Shown one piece after another: positions 58,691 to 64,000 of a DNA stretch of 64,000 nucleotides. Origin of the DNA: an uncultured Hyphomicrobiales bacterium (GTDB lineage: Bacteria > Bacteroidota > Ignavibacteria > Kapaibacteriales > UBA2268). Position 1 is the first letter of the stretch, and each line of letters opens with the position of its first letter. The stretch covers positions 16,926 to 80,925 of the forward strand of contig CAZDXB010000005.1 of NCBI GenBank assembly GCA_964509335.1, written 5' to 3'. Position numbers and translations under genes: made by a program. The notes under the pieces were generated by a model, which was not told the origin of the DNA, made no database searches, and was given only the letters and a program-made list of their open reading frames with translations.

Positions 58691-59580
58691 ATGCCATTTA
58701 TCGGCGAAATATCGGCTATCGGAGCGGCGACGCTCTGGTCGAGCTCTTCGTTCATTTTCACGGAAGCCTCCGTTAGGATTGGCTCTATTCAATTGAACGT
58801 TTCAAGGATGTTCCTCGCTCTAATATTCCTAACCATTACCATTCTAGCCTTAAATCTCGGTTTCGCGATAACTTGCGGCAGTTTTACTTTTTGACATTAA
58901 GCGGGATTGTCGGTCTCGCTCTCGGCGACAGCTTTTTATATAAATCTTACAAGGAAATCGGTCCTAGATTCGGAATGCTGACAATGTCTTTTAATCCCGC
59001 TATCGCCGCGGTTTTGGCGTATTTTTATCTCGGCGAATCTTTATCGGCTTTGTCTATTGTCGGGATGGCGGCGACATTATCGGGGATATCTCTAGTTATT
59101 TTAGAAAATCCTAGAAAATCGGGAGCGAAGTTCAAAATAACCAAATTCGGCGTTATTTGCGGTTTTATCGCCGCCGCTGGACAAGGAAGCGGTTTGATAT
59201 TCGCGAAACTTGCCTACGCCGAAACTTACGTCCACAGCATTGTCGCCACTTTATATAGAATAGCGCCCGCCGTAATAGTTCTGCTGCCGCTCGCGGCAAT
59301 TTTCAAGAAATGGAAAAATCCAATTAAAGTGTTCGGCAAAGACAAACGCGCTTTGGGTTTGGTAGCTCTAGGCTCAATTATCGGTCCATACTTGGGAATA
59401 ACGCTCAGCTTCGTAGCCGTCGTTAACGCTAAGGTCGGTATCGCCTCGACGCTAATGTCAACTATGCCTATAATTATGCTGCCGATGGCGAAGATATATT
59501 ATAAAGAGAAAATTAGCTTCAAAGCCGTTTTGGGCGCGTTTATCGCCGTGGGCGGCGTCGCTATTTTGTTTTTGACTTAA
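58691..59580 (+). pseudogene. EamA/DMT transporter split by a 1-nt frameshift (or sequence error)
   Basis: MPFIGEISAIGAATLWS.. (ATG 58691) continues in another frame as LRQFYFLTLSGIVGLALGD; adding one T at 58873-58874 joins the two halves. Confidence 0.85.
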
Positions 59581-60958
59581 GGTCCGCTCCGACAATTTTC
59601 TCAATCTCCTCGGCTTTTCTCGGTAATTTTCTCGACAAATTTTCGTAACCGTCTTTGGTAATCAATATATCGTCTTCAATTCGGACGCCGATGTTATGCC
59701 ATTTCTCGTCGCAGGGGCTTCGCTCGGGAATATATATGCCAGGCTCCACCGTCAGAACGACTCCCTGCTCCAACTCGCCGCCCGCGCCGTCGTGAACGTC
59801 CAACCCGATATAATGCGACGTTCCGTGCGGGAAGTATTTATCGTAATCTTCCGCCTTGGAAATTATACCGAGTTCTTTCAATCGCTTTTTTATAATAGAG
59901 ACGGCTTTCATATTAGGAGCGGAAAAGTCCGCTCCCGACTTGCAGAGCGCTATTGCCGAGTCCGCCGCTTCCAAAACGACGTTATATATTATTCTCTGTT
60001 CCTTCGTGAATTTTCCGCTTACGGGAATAGTTCGCGTTATGTCGGCGCAGTAGCCTTGGTAACGCGCCCCGCAATCCATAAGAACCAAATCGCCGTTTTC
60101 GGCTATGTCGTCGTTCTCTTTATAATGCAAGAAGCAGGAATTAAGTCCCGCGCCGACTATGCTCGGATATGCGGGACCGGACGCGCCCAATTTCCTGAAA
60201 GTATATTCCATAGCCGCTTCCAGTTCATACTCCGGGACTTTCGCTCGCGCTTTTTTTATAGCGGCAAAATGACCCGCGACCGTAATATTAACGGCTTTCC
60301 TTAACAGCCGAATTTCGTCCTCGTCTTTAACTCGCCTCGCTTTTTTCAAAAAAGAAACGCCTTTGACTATTTCAAGATTCGGGTTGGAGCTTCTCGCTTT
60401 CGCCAATATTTCCGGCTCGCAAAAACCGTCGCCCTCGCTCGGGGCGAAATGTCCGCCGCTTCTATATTTATCTACGTATAAAGTGTCGGTTTTCTCCGCT
60501 ATCTCGACGACAATCGCTTCCAAAAGAGACAAATCCGCCGCTCTTTTAAAGCCCAAAACGCTCTCGGCATCTTCGGGATTCATTTTTACGCCGTTCCATA
60601 TAATACCGTTCCTTGACTGCTCTTTTAAAAACAGAAGTTCGCGATACTTATCTCCCGCCGCTTCGTATCCGCTCGGATAAAGCAAAAGCGCGGCTTTTTG
60701 CGGCGGAACGCCCGTTAAATACATAAGATTGCGGGAAAATATATCGTTGCGCTTAATCAACTTCTCGTTGGAAAAGAACTCCGGCGACAGAAACAAAGCC
60801 GCGGCGTTCTTTGGCAATTGTTCGAGCGCAGCGCTTCTCCTTCGCTCGTACTTCTCTTTTGAAACGCCGCCTTCATACGGATATTTATACTTGTAATCTT
60901 GAGCAGGCGTCGCCAACGTAAACCAAAAGAAAGCGCAAAATATCGTTATTTTCTTCAT
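59561..60958 (-). CDS. Xaa-Pro aminopeptidase family protein with signal peptide
   Basis: MKKITIFCAFFWFTLATPA/Q; LHY, DCGA..DITRT, HGTSHYIGLDVHD, EPGIY, GVRIEDD. Confidence 0.92.
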   Translation of the reverse strand: MKKITIFCAFFWFTLATPAQDYKYKYPYEGGVSKEKYERRRSAALEQLPKNAAALFLSPEFFSNEKLIKRNDIFSRNLMYLTGVPPQKAALLLYPSGYEAAGDKYRELLFLKEQSRNGIIWNGVKMNPEDAESVLGFKRAADLSLLEAIVVEIAEKTDTLYVDKYRSGGHFAPSEGDGFCEPEILAKARSSNPNLEIVKGVSFLKKARRVKDEDEIRLLRKAVNITVAGHFAAIKKARAKVPEYELEAAMEYTFRKLGASGPAYPSIVGAGLNSCFLHYKENDDIAENGDLVLMDCGARYQGYCADITRTIPVSGKFTKEQRIIYNVVLEAADSAIALCKSGADFSAPNMKAVSIIKKRLKELGIISKAEDYDKYFPHGTSHYIGLDVHDGAGGELEQGVVLTVEPGIYIPERSPCDEKWHNIGVRIEDDILITKDGYENLSRKLPRKAEEIEKIVGADLKSKTK

Positions 60959-60968
60959 AATCGCCTCG

Positions 60969-61694
60969 TTACGCGTTAACCAAAGCGGCGGCTCCCGCTT
61001 CTTCAGCGCCGCCCGTCATTAAAACAGTAGCGCAGGCGTTCAAGGTAGAGCCGGTCGTCAATACATCGTCAACCAGCAAGAACTTGCCGCCGTCGAGCTT
61101 TTCGCCGCCCTTGCCGAGCGCGAAAACTCTCGCTACGTTCTTTCTTCTTTCGTCAACCGTTAAAGTAGTTTGGCTTTTCGAGTATTTTCTTCGAATAATT
61201 ATATTATTTTCGACCGGCGCGGACAAGACTTCCGCCGCTCCCTTCGCAATTTCTAACGCTTGATTGAATCCTCGCTCCCTGCGCCGAGCCGGGTGTATCG
61301 GAACGGGAATGACGGCGTCAAAATCGGTTTTGCCGTAGCTTTCCAAGGCTCTGCCCAGATTCTCTCCCAATTTAACGCCTATTCGCTTAATACCGTAATA
61401 CTTCAGGGCGTATATTAAATCCATATAGCTGTGCTCTTCCTTAATCGAAAACAGAGCGCAAGCGCCGCTCAAAGCCAAATCGTCTTTGTCGAAAAACTCG
61501 ACTAATTTGTTGAATACCGCCTCCGGTTCGGGCGCTAAGGGAAGGGCGTTATAGCATCTATCGCAGATAAAGTCGTAGCGGTTTTCGTTCGGCTCTAAAT
61601 AATCTTTGCAAACTTCGCAATACCGCGGCGCTACAAAGTCGGCGAGAGAGCCGGCTAATTCTCTAATCCCTCTTTTGACCTTCGTCGCAATCAT
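60969..61694 (-). CDS. comF: ComF family phosphoribosyltransferase-like protein
   Basis: CEVC..CDRC zinc finger, LKY, PVPIH..RERGFNQA, LVDDVLTTGST. ATG 61694 avoids overlap with the upstream gene. Confidence 0.9.
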   Translation of the reverse strand: MIATKVKRGIRELAGSLADFVAPRYCEVCKDYLEPNENRYDFICDRCYNALPLAPEPEAVFNKLVEFFDKDDLALSGACALFSIKEEHSYMDLIYALKYYGIKRIGVKLGENLGRALESYGKTDFDAVIPVPIHPARRRERGFNQALEIAKGAAEVLSAPVENNIIIRRKYSKSQTTLTVDERRKNVARVFALGKGGEKLDGGKFLLVDDVLTTGSTLNACATVLMTGGAEEAGAAALVNA

Positions 61695-61720
61695 TTTTTT
61701 GTCGCCGCCAAAATAGATTG

Positions 61721-62209
61721 TCAATTCTCTCTGGCGAAGAATCTGTTCCTGAGCGAATTTATAATAATGACTCTTTCGAGCGTAAACTTTTTGCCTTTCG
61801 AAAAGTAAATCAGAGCGGATAATATTATAAGCCCGATATTTTCCAGTATCTTTTGCAAACCGATTTTCTCGGCGGTTACTTGGGTGTGGCAACCGCAATT
61901 TATATTCAAGCCCTTAGCAACGGCGATAGCGATAGCGATAGTGAAAATAAAAGTCAGAGCGCCTAAAGTAGCGGACGTAGCTCGCAAACGCAAACCCGTT
62001 ATAACGAATATCCCGCAGACTAGCTCTACCCACGGGAAGATAATCGCCGCTATATTTATCGCGAAATTGGGCAGTATTTGGTAATTAGCGATTTCCTCGG
62101 CAAAGGTGGCGGGGTCGGCGATTTTAGAGACCGCCGCGAACAGAAATATCGAGCCGAGAATAATTCTCGCCGCCAAGTTCAAAATCGAGCTATTCAGTAT
62201 CTTTCTCAT
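61721..62209 (-). CDS. MauE/DoxX family membrane protein
   Basis: ARIILG..F..K..DP, PWVELVCG, GLNINCGC. Confidence 0.88.
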   Translation of the reverse strand: MRKILNSSILNLAARIILGSIFLFAAVSKIADPATFAEEIANYQILPNFAINIAAIIFPWVELVCGIFVITGLRLRATSATLGALTFIFTIAIAIAVAKGLNINCGCHTQVTAEKIGLQKILENIGLIILSALIYFSKGKKFTLERVIIINSLRNRFFAREN

Positions 62210-62330
62210 TTCGCTTTTCGTCGCTTTTTAGTTCGCAAATTATTGAATAATAGGACTAATTAAAAGAGATAATATTTTGGAGGGGAGGTTTTAGATTATC
62301 AATTATTTATGTTATATGAGATAGCTTTCA

Positions 62331-63308
62331 TTATAAATTTACTAACCAATCGCATATTGAAGTTAATTGTTCGTCTTCAGTTAAATTGGCTGCGTTTGAA
62401 AGCTTTCCTTTTTTGAGTTGATTGAATATTTCACTTGCCATACTTTTCTCTATCGCGGCTCCAATAAAAAAAGTCAAAGGATATAAACGCTTTTTTGCAA
62501 AACTTGTTCTTATACGTTCTAAAGCTGAGTTAGCTGTCTTCCAATGCTCGTCGGCGCCGGCTGGGTCAATACCGCCTTTCAGTTCGCCTAAAGCTAAGTA
62601 TTTCTTGGGGATACGGTGTAGAGAGTTGCTAGTGTCTCCCCTAAGCGTTACTTCGGACGGTTCTCCTGAAAATAAACATAGGTCAATATTTTTAGTAACA
62701 ATTGGAACTTTTATGTTCATTAAAAGAACTCTTTTTTTCCTTGATTTTAACCAATAAAGACCTCTAATTCTTTTTTCTAAATCTACGTCCTTTTTCTGTT
62801 TAGTTATCCACTGGTCGCTTTCAATGTCAAGCCATTTGTATCTAATCTTATAGATATTTAAAACAGATAACAAAGAGCGGACGAATTTCCTTTCGGCTAT
62901 TATCCCCGCTAGATTTCTAGCTTTTCCACCTAACGCGTCTCCTTTAATCAAAAGGTATCGATAGACAAGCTCGTTAACAAAATCATTCCCGGCGGGTTCC
63001 AAAAAATTTTCAATTAAGCCTTTAATAGCTTCTGTTTTTTCTTCGTCGTCAAGATAATTCATCGCTTTATCGGAAAGACCGGACGCCGTAAGCAAACTAA
63101 CTCGCAAATCGGAATATTTCAATAAACCTTTTGGGGATTTTGCTTTTCTTGCAATTGTTTTCAGGGCTTTAGCTTCTTCTACATAGGGCTGTGCAATATA
63201 GTTTTTCTCAAGAGCTAAAGAAACAAAACCCGCTCTTGTATTCTTTCGGGAAGTAACTAAATCTTCGGCTTTGCCAATATGATTTTTATATGTTACTTTT
63301 TTTGCCAT
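62331..63308 (-). CDS. Type II restriction endonuclease, AvaI/BsoBI family
   Basis: RAGFVSLALEKN, ELVYRYLLIKGDALGG, GELKGGIDPAGADEHWKTA. Confidence 0.92.
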   Translation of the reverse strand: MAKKVTYKNHIGKAEDLVTSRKNTRAGFVSLALEKNYIAQPYVEEAKALKTIARKAKSPKGLLKYSDLRVSLLTASGLSDKAMNYLDDEEKTEAIKGLIENFLEPAGNDFVNELVYRYLLIKGDALGGKARNLAGIIAERKFVRSLLSVLNIYKIRYKWLDIESDQWITKQKKDVDLEKRIRGLYWLKSRKKRVLLMNIKVPIVTKNIDLCLFSGEPSEVTLRGDTSNSLHRIPKKYLALGELKGGIDPAGADEHWKTANSALERIRTSFAKKRLYPLTFFIGAAIEKSMASEIFNQLKKGKLSNAANLTEDEQLTSICDWLVNL

Positions 63309-64000
63309 AAATAAACGCATTTTCGCAACGGAGTCCGTCCGTGATTTCCCATTTGCTGACTGCTATTACCTTTTTGTTGCGTAAGAACAAATATATTTTT
63401 AACAGTTAAACCAAATTTCTCCGCAAAATCGGAGAGTATTAAATCCACTGGAATTTCTTCTCCCGCATACTTAACGTTGTCGTTAACCATAATTACTTTT
63501 CCGCCATCATCTAAAACTCTCGCCATTTCGTAAATAACAAAACACATCTCGAGAAAATAGTTTTTCAATAAACGTAAGACCCCGTTGTTGTTTAATTTAC
63601 CTTCTTTTTTGTAGCCTTCAAGTATGTCAAATATTTCGTTCAAAGCTTTATTGTTTTCAAATGTAGAAGTTATTTGATTATAATCGCTTACCCTTCCTTC
63701 TTTTAAATAAAAATCACATATTTCTTTCGTTTTGCTTCTATTTTCAACAGTGCAAGATAACATTTGCTGTCTTAAATCTTTAACTTCTTCGTTTGTTTTG
63801 CCAAGATAGACTAGTTCTAAGGCATAAGTTCTAGTATAATCATATCGATTCGCATATGGAGGAGAAGTAATAATTAAATCAAATGAATTATCAGGTATTT
63901 GCGGTAATTTATACAAACAGCTTCCCTCAATGATTGAAATGTTTCCTTTAGAATAAGCGTTTTTTTCTGGGAATAATACAATTTGCCGCTTTTCAGACAA
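63293..64000 (-). CDS. Cognate N4-cytosine methyltransferase (AvaI/BsoBI-type); 5' end outside the window
   Basis: ITSPPYANRYDYTRTYALEL, KGNSSQQMG; overlaps the endonuclease start. Confidence 0.9.
   Translation of the reverse strand: MSEKRQIVLFPEKNAYSKGNISIIEGSCLYKLPQIPDNSFDLIITSPPYANRYDYTRTYALELVYLGKTNEEVKDLRQQMLSCTVENRSKTKEICDFYLKEGRVSDYNQITSTFENNKALNEIFDILEGYKKEGKLNNNGVLRLLKNYFLEMCFVIYEMARVLDDGGKVIMVNDNVKYAGEEIPVDLILSDFAEKFGLTVKNIFVLTQQKGNSSQQMGNHGRTPLRKCVYLWQKK

Noticed and set aside
61695-61898. N-terminal extensions given by the ORF track (comF 61898, fic 21680, S8 41629, TonB receptor 57524, EamA 58565)
   Set aside because: Downstream starts give proper family N-termini, signal peptides or SD sites and avoid overlaps.

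Overview
Chromosomal window from a Bacteroidota/Chlorobiota/Ignavibacteria-group bacterium. Ca. Kapabacteria-like is my inference from the type IX secretion (T9SS)/FlgD-type C-terminal domains and cohesin-bearing secreted proteins. Housekeeping genes (dapA, pepP x2, pepT, OPT transporter, menA-like, rpsP, ffh, dinB, rfbA, rsmD, comF) are interleaved with large secreted multidomain proteins, two type II restriction-modification loci and a Fic gene. Most notable: (i) several T9SS-type secreted proteins carrying cohesin-like and dockerin modules but no recognisable glycoside hydrolase, including a paralog at 1-1532 that the ORF track missed; (ii) an HTH gene ending in a LexA-type VAAG site directly followed in frame by an S24 peptidase lacking its own site, divergent from a Mor-like activator, with no phage genes around; (iii) four 22-bp palindromes at exact 39-bp spacing over the Fic start; (iv) many families of REP-like palindromes and a cluster of three gene fragments; (v) two CASTOR/POLLUX-like channel paralogs with different pore motifs; (vi) apparent GATC/CATG avoidance. 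No rRNA, tRNA, CRISPR, integrase or transposase was seen. All domain calls come from motif recognition by eye, not from searches.
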